In this document: in pieces, positions 34,626 through 44,515 of the stretch | Position numbering within the stretch: position 1 is the first letter of the stretch | How the letters are laid out: each line of letters opens with the position of its first letter | Assembly (NCBI GenBank): GCA_963744145.1 | Contig: CAVUSO010000001.1 | Location: 6,048,001-6,112,000 of the forward strand | Direction of reading: 5' to 3' | DNA length: 64,000 nucleotides | Source: an uncultured cyanobacterium | Lineage (GTDB): Bacteria > Cyanobacteriota > Cyanobacteriia > Cyanobacteriales > CAWUOF01 | Made by a program: the position numbers and the translations under genes | The notes under the pieces: model-generated | What the model was told of the DNA's origin: nothing | What the model saw: the letters and a program-made list of their open reading frames with translations, nothing else | The model's database searches: none

Positions 34626-35392
34626 ATTGTTTCGATTAGATATGAGATTGGATAATCGGTACTAATAGTTTGAAAAGCTGGATCGGAAAAGGGATGAAAA
34701 TTATCTGACCATTTAGCCGTTAGGCTGCATAGCAACCGAAATTGGATTGGAGTTGGTGGCGGATTAACCCGCTCTACAGTAACATTAACCTGCTGAGGAG
34801 AATGGCAAACTAGCTCAAAGAAATCTTGATTTAGATAGCGTGGGCAATATCCAACAAAATGTAAATCTTCTGTGCGTAAAATTAGGGCGCGTGAGTCAAA
34901 TTGATTTTGAATATCATGAGTAACAAGCAACTTTGTCTCTACCCTTAGACATTGCACATATTGCTTTATTTCAATAGGGAAATGGCTCAGTCCGTGAGCA
35001 AAAAAGTGAATGTGATAAATACCATTTTCATCGCGCTCTGGACAGGGAAAAACCTCAAAACTATCCGTTTGACGTTTACCACCACTCCGAGCAAGCAAAG
35101 CGATCGGATCGTCTTGATGTGCAGGAATATTTAGCCACTGGACAAAATCTTTGTAGTCAGGACGCGAAGGACGCAACAGCCGATTGGCAAAAAGTGGAAA
35201 AAGTTCAATTGAACTATAGTGATGCTCAAAATGAGGAAAAGACCAGATCGGCTGAAAATTTGCGATTTCTTTAGCTTTAATCGCTCCCTGAAGATAGTCA
35301 AAATGATACATCCCATCCACTTGGGTGAGTTTCCCAACCGGAAACCAAGCGCGAGAGATTGAGTCTTGCCAAGCTAAAAATAGAGTTTTCAA
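34601..35392 (-). CDS. HipS/HipA-N-like domain fused to HIRAN domain (putative antitoxin)
   Basis: N-terminal WFPVGKL...LFPLFANRL....RPDY...LARSGG.R.TD, then C-terminal FFAHGL...NQFDSRAL...VGYCPRY (HIRAN). TTGA overlap with the kinase gene. Confidence 0.75.
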   Translation of the reverse strand: MKTLFLAWQDSISRAWFPVGKLTQVDGMYHFDYLQGAIKAKEIANFQPIWSFPHFEHHYSSIELFPLFANRLLRPSRPDYKDFVQWLNIPAHQDDPIALLARSGGKRQTDSFEVFPCPERDENGIYHIHFFAHGLSHFPIEIKQYVQCLRVETKLLVTHDIQNQFDSRALILRTEDLHFVGYCPRYLNQDFFELVCHSPQQVNVTVERVNPPPTPIQFRLLCSLTAKWSDNFHPFSDPAFQTISTDYPISYLIETICKSNSTK

Positions 35393-36300
35393 TTCTGATT
35401 ATCTCGTAAATTCAGTAGTCTCAGCTGATTAATTTCTAACATTTTTAAGCTAAATTCGACAGCCACAGATGAGATCCGATGCTCTGGAACTTGCTCAAAG
35501 ATAGACTTTACCGCTTGTATAGGCACATTGGCTAGTTGGTCTAACCATATTTTGGCTGAGTTTGGGTATTTATGGGCGATCGCGCGAAACAAATCAAAGG
35601 TTAGCATTGAGCGGCGATCGCCGACTTGATGATAAAAAGATGACCTCGACTTTTCGACATAATTTTTAACAGTTTGCTTCTGTAAATGTTCTTGTCGTTT
35701 CACATCAAGCAATTCCAGCCCCAAACTGGAAGCGTGATCGTAAGTTGGCGCTAGATGCGGGATCGACTCTGGTAGTTGAACAACAAAGCCCCAATTTTCA
35801 TGGTGGCGATCGCCGTTACTAATCCAGGTATCTAGTAATAAATATCCTACAAAGGTAGACACAGCCGTATTGATGCCCGTAGGAGGAATCCAATCGAAGG
35901 GGACTTTCAAATCCGGACGTTTGAGCAGATCAAGAACAATATCTAATGTGTGCTGTGAGACTCTATACATCTGACTTCTAGGATAACTAGATATTACTCC
36001 TGCAAGGATATCGTTACCGTGAATCAGTGCAGTACCTTTCGGTAAAAAATTGGTTGAAATAACCCCATAATAATTGTGCCAAGTAGCAAGTTGATAATCT
36101 GCATGGGGCAAGCCTAATAACTGGGCAAGTTCGGCAGCAATTTTTTCTGACCAATCTTCACCCGTATTAGGACGAACCTGTTTGAAGAGACAGTTACCTA
36201 GTTCTGGATGTTGAAACCAAAATTTGAATCTACTACCCATCGGTTCTTCAGCTTCAGCAGCATCATCTGGAACCTCATAAATTGGAAACTTATTACTCAT
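35389..36300 (-). CDS. HipA-like Ser/Thr kinase lacking the HipA N-subdomain (HipT/CtkA-like toxin)
   Basis: GSRFKFW, LFK...GEDWSEKIA, N.DRHHENWG and LAPTYDHASSLG. Confidence 0.85.
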   Translation of the reverse strand: MSNKFPIYEVPDDAAEAEEPMGSRFKFWFQHPELGNCLFKQVRPNTGEDWSEKIAAELAQLLGLPHADYQLATWHNYYGVISTNFLPKGTALIHGNDILAGVISSYPRSQMYRVSQHTLDIVLDLLKRPDLKVPFDWIPPTGINTAVSTFVGYLLLDTWISNGDRHHENWGFVVQLPESIPHLAPTYDHASSLGLELLDVKRQEHLQKQTVKNYVEKSRSSFYHQVGDRRSMLTFDLFRAIAHKYPNSAKIWLDQLANVPIQAVKSIFEQVPEHRISSVAVEFSLKMLEINQLRLLNLRDNQN

Positions 36301-36831
36301 CCAACACACTACCCAACGCGATCGCGGCTTAAGAGCCAAGTGAAACAGCCGAAAGCCTGATTTGGCATAAGTTTTCGATTATGATAGTTTTATGCTTGAT
36401 AAATTTTCCTACTAAAGCTTACTACATAAGGGTTTCTGCGATTTATTATATATCAAATTCGGTAAAATCTGAATATTTGACGACTATTAAGAATAAATAA
36501 ACAATCGTTGACAAAAATTAATATCTCGAAATATTACCATGACACTTCTAGGTAAAGGATTATGGCCATTTTTTATCAAGAACCCCCCTTTTTTATAAAT
36601 TTCAGAGCTACTACAACTTTTTAGCCTTGCAACCGCCCTCTAGACATTAGGATGGATAAATGTTTTAATATAAATGTTTCCTACTCGCTGGGAAAATTGT
36701 TTGAATGAAAATGTGTCTTAACGTTAAAGCGATACTAGTATACCGCATTCACGATAATGCTCTCTATTCGCTAAAGTAATTAGCTGAATGGACATAGCTA
36801 ATCAGGAAAAATACTCGTGGCAAGCAAAATT

Positions 36832-37171
36832 ATGTCTAACCAAACTCTGTTGAAATCCAACCTTTCAGATGAGCAACGTCTGGCTTTTTATGGCGCGTTA
36901 TTTGTACTCGCTTCAGTTGACGGACGTTCTTGACAAAGACAAAATGAACTCGATCTGTGAAATTATGGATTTAGACGGAATGTCTGACAAAGCCAAAGAA
37001 CAAGTACAGGAATACATCATTGACCCACCAAAATTTTTTGGGTGCTTAAGGGTTTTAAGTAGCGCAGATGATACGTTGCGTTATGGAGCCATGATTAATA
37101 TGGTCGAAACTGCATGGGCTGACGATGAACTAGATGCTCAAGAAGGATATAAAATTAACTGGTTTAAGTGA
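36832..37171 (+). pseudogene. TerB-like (tellurite resistance family) gene, frameshifted and 3'-truncated
   Basis: ATG 36832 reads ...QRLAFYGALFVLASVDG, then a +1 shift near 36925 continues VLDKD...AWADDELD..E. The gene ends at a repeat element. Confidence 0.6.
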
Positions 37172-37242
37172 TAAATTATCGCCCGAATGCTATGCCTACG
37201 GCACGCTACGCGAACGCCCCTACAATTCATTGAACTGTATTG
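37171..37242. repeat. right half of REP/MITE with inserted small dispersed repeat
   Basis: CGAATGCT[ATGCCTACGGCACGCTACGCGAA]CGCCCCTAC...TGAACTGTATTG, the same arrangement as at 47711-47769. Confidence 0.7.
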
Positions 37243-37319
37243 ATTTATAAACTCGTGGTATACTTTAACAAAACGTCAAAAACTCTATATTCTGTAAGTT
37301 TAGCTTACTTACCGATCGC

Positions 37320-38537
37320 TTAACCCGCGATCGCACCAGTTGTCCAAGCACTTTGAAAATTAAATCCACCTGTAACACCATCAATATCCAAAATTTCTCC
37401 AGCAAAATAAAGACCCGGACATAAACGACTTTCCATTGTTTTAAAATCTACTTCTTTTAAATTAATCCCCCCACAGGTAACAAATTCTTCTTTAAAAACT
37501 CCCTTTCCCTTAATCAAAAATTCCCCTTGAGTAAGTTCCTGAATTAATTGATTTAAAACCTTATTAGATATTTCAGCCCAGCGAGTTTCTGTACCTATCC
37601 CCACCACAGCAATTAATTGTTTCCACAGACTTTGAGGGATAGAAACCGGACAACTATTCGCGATCGCACGTCTAGACAACTGAGATTTAACTGCAACTAA
37701 TTGTTGATGTAAAACTTCTAAAGTATATTGAGGTAACCAATTAATTACCAATTTAGTTTGATAATTACAATCATAGAGAACTCTTGCACCCCAAGCAGAA
37801 AGTTTCAGGATCGCAGGACCACTTAAACCCCAATGGGTAATTAATACCGGACCAGTCTGCTCTAATTTAGTATTTAATAAACGTACATTAGCATGAGGAA
37901 CAGCAACACCAGATAACCCTGCTAAACGAGGATCAGAAATAGTAAAAGTAAACAAAGAGGGAACAGGTGACTCAATCCGATGACCAAAAGATTTAGCGAT
38001 TTGATAACCAATGGGATTACTACCAGTCGCGATCAAAATGCGATCGCATTCCAACCATTCACCAGTTTTTACCTTAATCAGAAATTTGCTCTTACTTTCT
38101 CCCTTAGCAAAAGCAGGATTCACCGACACTTTAACTATTAAAATCCCAGTATAAATTTTTACTCCAGCATTTTCAGCAGTACGAATTAAACAATTTACGA
38201 TCGTACTAGAGTCATCAGTAACCGGAAACATCCTTCCATCTGCTTCCGTTTTTAAATTAACACCGCGATCGCTAAACCAAGCTACAGTATCTAGTGGTTG
38301 AAAACGACTAAAAGCACCAAGTAATGCTTTGGCACCACGAGGATAATTTTGGACTAAAAGTGCTGGTTCAAAACAAGCATGAGTAACATTACAACGTCCT
38401 CCTCCTGAAATCCGAACCTTACTCAAACATTGCTTTCCAGCTTCTAAGATTGTCACTTGAGAATCAGGATAATTCTTCGCACAATTAATTGCAGCAAAAA
38501 AACCAGCAGCACCACCACCAATTACAACTATTTTCAT
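37320..38537 (-). CDS. BaiN/YhiN (HI0933) family flavoprotein oxidoreductase
   Basis: GGGAAG, ISGGGRCNVT, VTCGGI and GE.LD.DG.TGGFNFQ.AW. Confidence 0.92.
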   Translation of the reverse strand: MKIVVIGGGAAGFFAAINCAKNYPDSQVTILEAGKQCLSKVRISGGGRCNVTHACFEPALLVQNYPRGAKALLGAFSRFQPLDTVAWFSDRGVNLKTEADGRMFPVTDDSSTIVNCLIRTAENAGVKIYTGILIVKVSVNPAFAKGESKSKFLIKVKTGEWLECDRILIATGSNPIGYQIAKSFGHRIESPVPSLFTFTISDPRLAGLSGVAVPHANVRLLNTKLEQTGPVLITHWGLSGPAILKLSAWGARVLYDCNYQTKLVINWLPQYTLEVLHQQLVAVKSQLSRRAIANSCPVSIPQSLWKQLIAVVGIGTETRWAEISNKVLNQLIQELTQGEFLIKGKGVFKEEFVTCGGINLKEVDFKTMESRLCPGLYFAGEILDIDGVTGGFNFQSAWTTGAIAG

Positions 38538-38565
38538 CTTTTTATCTGCTTTGCACCTTAGTGGT

Positions 38566-39483
38566 TTAATTAGGATCAGAACTTAAATTTTGGTGCCAAA
38601 GTAAGTCTTTTAATTGTTCTAATTCGGATTTTAATGATAAAGGTTTATAACCCAAAGCGATCGCTTTAGAAATATCCAGAGACACATCAGGTGGTCTAGG
38701 TGCAAGCATTTGGATATCTTTTTGTTTACAAGGAACTAGATTAGTGTTCTTTAACTTCAGCACTTCAACTACTAAGCGCATAAAATCATAACGGGATATG
38801 CGCTCTTTTCCTCCTAAATGTATAATTCCATGAGCTTCTTTTAAAGCTAATAATAGCCCTTGAGCAGCAGTTTTGCCACTAACTGGAGTGCGAAATTCAT
38901 CGACAAATAAATGCAATTCTTTGCCAACTCTAATCGATTCTAACATTGGTTGGAGGAAACTTTTAGCTACCAAACCACCATCACCAAACATTAGTGGCAT
39001 TCGGCACACTGCTGCTAATGGATAACGTTCTAGTATTCCAATTTCAGCCATCACCTTTTGTTCCCCATAAACACTAATCGGACAGGTGGGATCTGTTTCC
39101 CGATAGGGAGGATTTAAACCGTCAAAAACTAAATCCGTCGAAGTAAACGCAAAAGGTAGAGAATAATCTCCACAAAGTCCAGCTAAATTCACCGTAGCTG
39201 CGACATTTATTTCCTGGGATTCTTGGGGATAATTTTGACAATAATTAGGTTGAGATGCAGCAGCAGTATGAATTACAGCATCAGGTTTTATGTCGTTAAA
39301 CAAATCCTTGATTGCTTGAAAATCTCTTAGATCAACTGAAATTTGGGTAATTCCAGGAATTTGGTGAGAATGGGAAAAAAATGTGCCATATACATCCCAT
39401 TCTGGTTTTGCTACTAGACACAAATTCCATCCTAAAAAACCGCTAGCACCAGTAATTAATAATTTTTTTGCTTCTTCGCGCAC
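38566..39483 (-). CDS. RmlD-like NAD(P)-dependent reductase (dTDP-4-dehydrorhamnose reductase family)
   Basis: ITGASGFLG, STDLVFDG, YGEQK and DEFRTP. Confidence 0.88.
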   Translation of the reverse strand: MREEAKKLLITGASGFLGWNLCLVAKPEWDVYGTFFSHSHQIPGITQISVDLRDFQAIKDLFNDIKPDAVIHTAAASQPNYCQNYPQESQEINVAATVNLAGLCGDYSLPFAFTSTDLVFDGLNPPYRETDPTCPISVYGEQKVMAEIGILERYPLAAVCRMPLMFGDGGLVAKSFLQPMLESIRVGKELHLFVDEFRTPVSGKTAAQGLLLALKEAHGIIHLGGKERISRYDFMRLVVEVLKLKNTNLVPCKQKDIQMLAPRPPDVSLDISKAIALGYKPLSLKSELEQLKDLLWHQNLSSDPN

Positions 39484-39503
39484 TGCTGAAACCTATGATT
39501 GAT

Positions 39504-39668
39504 TTATTCTTCACAACGTTCAAAACTTCCTGATAAACTACCACAAACTGGACAAAACCAGTTATCTGGTATTTTTTCAAAGATAGTTCCAGGGAGGATC
39601 TGACCATCGGGATCACCGATTTCCGGATCGTATATATAACCACAGTTGGTACACATATATTTTGCCAT
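39504..39668 (-). CDS. rubredoxin
   Basis: 54 aa with [13 protein letters not shown] and [10 protein letters not shown]. Confidence 0.93.
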   Translation of the reverse strand: MAKYMCTNCGYIYDPEIGDPDGQILPGTIFEKIPDNWFCPVCGSLSGSFERCEE

Positions 39669-39842
39669 TCTAAATTCCCAAAAGTCTGGATTACTGAATT
39701 TAACAATTTCAAGTTTATCACTAAAGTCAATAAATTCAATCCTCCAGACCAAACATCAATATGGGGCAAAGTCCCAAAAGGGAATTCGGGTTGAGGTTAC
39801 TTATATGCTATGATTAACAATCTATTTACTGTTCAGCATCAA

Positions 39843-42800
39843 ATGACATATAAAATTGGGGAAGATTTGGGTCGGATTTTTGAAGTAGGGTTTAATATTG
39901 GAATTCTTGCTTATATTCAGCAACACCAAATTAAGCAGAGATTCGGTAACTTATATCTTCAGGAGTTACAACAGCTAAAATTCCCGAAGATGTTAAAACG
40001 AATTACCGATAAATTTACTGATCCAGTCCAACGGAAAATAGCAGAAACCTGGAGTACATTTTTTCTTGAGAAAGGTTTTTTATCTGGATTAAATTTTTTG
40101 GGAGAATATCTACAAGCAACAGGTTGGAATGAATCTCAGCAATTAAGGAATTTAGAAATTGTCTATTATCAATGTCGCTTTAATGGAGACAATAGTATTG
40201 GGACTTATGAAGAAAAAACAGATTCCCAATGGTTAGAAGAAGTCTTAACTCAATTTCCCAATCTGGAAGAAGAGGATCGGAGAAAAATTATCTACCAATA
40301 TACAGGAAAAGGAAAATCAGGAGAGTTTTTATATGCAGATATGCTCATGCTTTTGCGTTATCGTCGTCAATATAGAATTTTATGTGTAGATTTATCGATT
40401 TTTTCAATTAATACCAGTGCTGATGTTAAAGATTTGAATTATATTGAACTGATCCGGGAAATTTTAGTACGGGATTTAAACTATTTGCGAAGTAAGAGTG
40501 TATTTGCTAATCTTAAAATTGATGCTGGGAATTTAGGATTTGAGTTTTCTCAGGATTTGCAAAATTATTTTAGTGCTTTTAAATATGATGATAAGGAAAG
40601 TGCTAAGTTTATTCAAGCTGCTAGTTATGTTTATAGTTTTTATGGGTTTTTACAAGAACGGGGGATATTAACTGAATCTAACTCTGTGGTTTTTAATGCT
40701 GTGGGATATAGCGATCGCTCAATTAGTTCAATGTCGGTACGTCCAGAAAATTTAATCATCCTGAAGACTTGTTATGAAATTTACAAACATGATCTCAGTC
40801 CCAAGGAAATTAGTGATGCTCGACAGCTAGTTTTAAATCGGATTAAACGTAGTGCTTACACCAGTTTTGACAATGGTAAACAATTAGTCGATGCTCTGCT
40901 CACCATTACACCGAATCAAATTAATTTTATTCCTCATCAAGAAAAGATTACCAATTTTTTTAATTCTGTGGGTGAAGTTCCATCTGGATTAATTGATCAA
41001 CTTGGGTTAACGGGGACAAAAAATCTCCGACAAGTCCATACAGAAATAGTTCAAAAAGCACTTAATTCTGATCATACTTATATATTTTTAACAGGTAATC
41101 CTGGAATTGGCAAGACTACCGCGATCGCAGACTTTCTGAAATCTCCAGTTCATTTAGAGGAAGGATTCCTATTTTTCTATGCTAGTCCCAGGAAACAAGT
41201 AAATTTAGATATCATTGAGAAATTTAAAGATCCTCAAACTAACTTACTATGTAGCGATCGGATGATCTGTATTAACACTAACTATAATCTGATCCGCGAC
41301 AATGACAAACTTGGTCGCTATACTGTCCAATATGTCGCTAATCAACCGATCCAAGGTAATTATAGTGTCAATTTTGTTGATAGTCGAGTCATTCAGCAAC
41401 CCGGATATCGTTCGGAAAAACTAAATCGATCTGCAATAGATTTAATTAAACCAGCAGCACAAAAAACTAAGGGTGTTCTTAGCAGTATTAGTGAAGCAAT
41501 CTATATTTTAGTCAATCGCAATATTTCTAATAATATTGTTGCTACAGTTTCAATTCAATCTTTAAAGAAAACAGATACCAGTGATACTCTCAAACATTTC
41601 CGCAAAATCTTTCGTGACGCTTACAATCAAAGTACAGGAACAGTCATCCCCAGTCAAATGAGACAAATATCTCGTCGAATTAAGCATTTATTCATTATGA
41701 TCGACGAAATCACTGGTTCTGATGGTGGGGTAGAATTTTTAAACGGAATTAGCGAAATCTTAACTGAGTATAAATTAACCGATCCTCAATCTGGTTTTAA
41801 TACTAAAATTATAGTTGCAGATGCTTCGATTGTCGATCAAGATGTGATCTGTCAACATCTTCAGAATTCATCAGCAGAACCAGATAAAATTTATTTTCGT
41901 CGTACCTCCCAAATCGAATCTCAACCAATTACATTACAGGAATTTAGATTTAAAAACTTCCCAGCAATTGCAATTAATACTAATTCTTATCCTGCTGGAA
42001 ATTTAACCATTCAATATAAAATTTTCATCGAATCTTGTAAATTTCGGGAAAAAGCTAACCTCCCACCCAATTCTAGTTTAGAAACAAGAGTACAGTCAGA
42101 AATTTTAACTGATTTAACTACCAGATTAAAACAGACTGATGGTGAACAAGTGATCGTTTATATTCAAAATAAATCGCGATTAGCTGAATTAATTGATTAT
42201 TTGACTAAACACCTAGAAGAATTTAATAAATTTGTGGACTATTTGGAAATTCATGCTAATATCTCCGAAGTCGAAAAAGAGCAAATCGCTCAATGCAAAA
42301 ATCAAGTCAAAGTAGTTTTTATGACTGCTTCCGGTAGTCGAGGATTATCATTTCCAAAAGCTAAACATATTTTAGTAGAAATCCCTCGATTTGAAATTGA
42401 GCAAAATTTGATGGAAATTATCCAGGTAATTTATCGAGGTCGAGGTGATGATCAGATAGATAAACAAGATAAAGAGCTGGTTTTTTATTTAAGCGATCGC
42501 TCAATTTATTACGACCAAGAATCCCAGTTATCCTTACAAGAAAGCGTTTTAAATATATTAAATATATTATTAATTTTAAAAGCATCAATTATGACCAGAA
42601 TCTTTGGTTATGGGAAAATTGGTCGAGATAAATTTATGATCATCCCGATCGGAGGAAAATCTGTCTCGGGAGCAGGAGAAACATTTTCTGTTCAAATGGA
42701 AAACCTGATTAGAGAATTAAAGAAAGAACACAATCGCAATCCTAGTGATACCAAACTCAAACAAATATACACCAGTTTACAACAATTATTAAGTCGAGCA

Positions 42801-43484
42801 GAATTTACCATTAGAGATACAACGGAAACTAATTATCTCCAAATCCGGGAATCGTTCCATCAATTATTTTCCCAAAAATGTAATCCTCTTGATGGATTAC
42901 TCGAACTAGGAAAAATTCAACCAGGATATATAATAGGAGGAATATTAATAGTACCAATTACTGATAAAATCTTAAAAGAAAACTATCTTATTGCTCTCGA
43001 AGATATTATTAAGTATACCCCCGATCATATCTTTAAGCAAATGTATCTAATCAGTAAAAGTCCATCTTACCCGGACAACTTGCGATCGGCAATTAAAGAT
43101 GCAATAGAATTAGTAGAGAAACTCCGAGAACCTACTAATAAATCCCAACGATTTGAACAATATAGTCGGCATTTTGATCAATATTATGCTTTACCATTAT
43201 TCGCATTTATTGCTGCAACAGCAATGAAAAAATATTTTGCTGAAAACCCCGAAGAACCTGAAGACAAACGATTTCGGGATATTCTCGCTGGGTATATTCG
43301 TCAACTCTATCCAGTCGGTAATATTCTTCCCATTGATCATCGATATAGTGAGTTTCCTTTTGTGATATTTAGAAGTTATAATTTAGCAGAAATTAGGACT
43401 AAGATTTTTCAAGATCAATATATTTTAAATTCCTATGAATTGAATGTACTAAATTTAATTTTGTCTAAAGCAGAAGATGGGTGA
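39843..43484 (+). CDS. large SF2 helicase-like protein with uncharacterised ~400-aa N-terminal domain
   Basis: Walker A GNPGIGKT, motif Ia SPRKQVN, Walker B MIDEI, motif III ADAS, motif V TASGSRGLSFP and motif VI QVIYRGRG. The start could be 39810 or 39843. Confidence 0.8.
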   Translation: MTYKIGEDLGRIFEVGFNIGILAYIQQHQIKQRFGNLYLQELQQLKFPKMLKRITDKFTDPVQRKIAETWSTFFLEKGFLSGLNFLGEYLQATGWNESQQLRNLEIVYYQCRFNGDNSIGTYEEKTDSQWLEEVLTQFPNLEEEDRRKIIYQYTGKGKSGEFLYADMLMLLRYRRQYRILCVDLSIFSINTSADVKDLNYIELIREILVRDLNYLRSKSVFANLKIDAGNLGFEFSQDLQNYFSAFKYDDKESAKFIQAASYVYSFYGFLQERGILTESNSVVFNAVGYSDRSISSMSVRPENLIILKTCYEIYKHDLSPKEISDARQLVLNRIKRSAYTSFDNGKQLVDALLTITPNQINFIPHQEKITNFFNSVGEVPSGLIDQLGLTGTKNLRQVHTEIVQKALNSDHTYIFLTGNPGIGKTTAIADFLKSPVHLEEGFLFFYASPRKQVNLDIIEKFKDPQTNLLCSDRMICINTNYNLIRDNDKLGRYTVQYVANQPIQGNYSVNFVDSRVIQQPGYRSEKLNRSAIDLIKPAAQKTKGVLSSISEAIYILVNRNISNNIVATVSIQSLKKTDTSDTLKHFRKIFRDAYNQSTGTVIPSQMRQISRRIKHLFIMIDEITGSDGGVEFLNGISEILTEYKLTDPQSGFNTKIIVADASIVDQDVICQHLQNSSAEPDKIYFRRTSQIESQPITLQEFRFKNFPAIAINTNSYPAGNLTIQYKIFIESCKFREKANLPPNSSLETRVQSEILTDLTTRLKQTDGEQVIVYIQNKSRLAELIDYLTKHLEEFNKFVDYLEIHANISEVEKEQIAQCKNQVKVVFMTASGSRGLSFPKAKHILVEIPRFEIEQNLMEIIQVIYRGRGDDQIDKQDKELVFYLSDRSIYYDQESQLSLQESVLNILNILLILKASIMTRIFGYGKIGRDKFMIIPIGGKSVSGAGETFSVQMENLIRELKKEHNRNPSDTKLKQIYTSLQQLLSRAEFTIRDTTETNYLQIRESFHQLFSQKCNPLDGLLELGKIQPGYIIGGILIVPITDKILKENYLIALEDIIKYTPDHIFKQMYLISKSPSYPDNLRSAIKDAIELVEKLREPTNKSQRFEQYSRHFDQYYALPLFAFIAATAMKKYFAENPEEPEDKRFRDILAGYIRQLYPVGNILPIDHRYSEFPFVIFRSYNLAEIRTKIFQDQYILNSYELNVLNLILSKAEDG

Positions 43485-43853
43485 ATTAGTTATTTTTTCT
43501 CATGGAAAAATTACCAATATTGAAAAAATTGCAATTTCATGGTAAATTGAGATCAGATAGTTTTAATTTAGTAAGTGCTTGAACAAGCTTGGCGCTAAAC
43601 CTGCAACTTGGGATCACCTAAAGCGTAACTTTTTACTATCACTATGGCAATATATAATAATATTCTCGAAGCGATCGGCAAAACCCCTCTGGTTAAACTC
43701 TAATATTCTACAATTCACCGCATCAACCAATAATATCACTCATCATTGCTCCGGTCTAGGATATTATCTTGAGCATTGAAAGTGGTTATGGTAGCGGATC
43801 TTTCCGCAAGAATCGCGATTAAACCAGAGACACATCTTTCTATTCAATCCGCT

Positions 43854-44485
43854 TCACAACTTGAAAATTGCATCTATTTTACGTCTCAGGATTGCTTTCA
43901 GTAACTCAACTTTTAGAGGAGTAAATTTCGGCAACAAAATATCAGTGAAAGTATTATTTCCATCAAAGTTAAGACCTGCATCAGCATTTATAGTAGCTTG
44001 AAGCGATATTTCCTTTTTGCCGTATAAATTAGTAAGATATTGCATAGAATGTAGTCAAAGTGATAGTTAATCTCAGCATCAGCTACTCGATGTTTTAAAT
44101 ATACCTCTGCCCAAACACCAATCTCAGTTTCAAGTGGTAAACCTGCACGAACTAATAAATCACGTTCATAATGCTGTAAAGTATGATTGATAGAAGGCAT
44201 CCCCTGACTGTCAAACTTAGCTGCAAATAATCGACGTGGACAGACAACCCAAATATCCTCACCTGCTTGAATTGAACATACACCAGGTATAACTTCTGTG
44301 ACATCACTATTAAAGTAGTGAGTTAGAGGTTCTTGTGGTGTGAGCTTAATTTTGGTTTGATAGCGATTACCACCACCATCGCAAATTACACCCATAAATG
44401 GACATTGATGAGATTTTCGGCTTCTCTCCACCTCTTCACTGCGATCATCTACGGGAAAACCGAATAGTTCAAAAATTCTAGGCAT
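43854..44485 (-). pseudogene. NotI-family type II restriction endonuclease, internally deleted
   Basis: ELFG, a Cys4 motif (CPF....C, GVCS, VCPRR) and EV.L....FDY are present. The frame closes soon after FDYIL, and a second frame (43854-44045) may be the C-terminus. It lies directly downstream of a C5 MTase. Confidence 0.7.
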
Positions 44486-44515
44486 AAGTAATTATTGATT
44501 CGAGCAGAATAGGAT

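Noticed and set aside
36340..36830. CRISPR-leader-like or IS-end-like AT-rich DNA upstream of the kinase
   Set aside because: No repeats, paired IRs or transposase were found, so the support is too weak to call.
39810..43484. Cas3 or type I HsdR assignment for the helicase
   Set aside because: No HD motif was recognised, and there are no cas, hsdM or hsdS neighbours.
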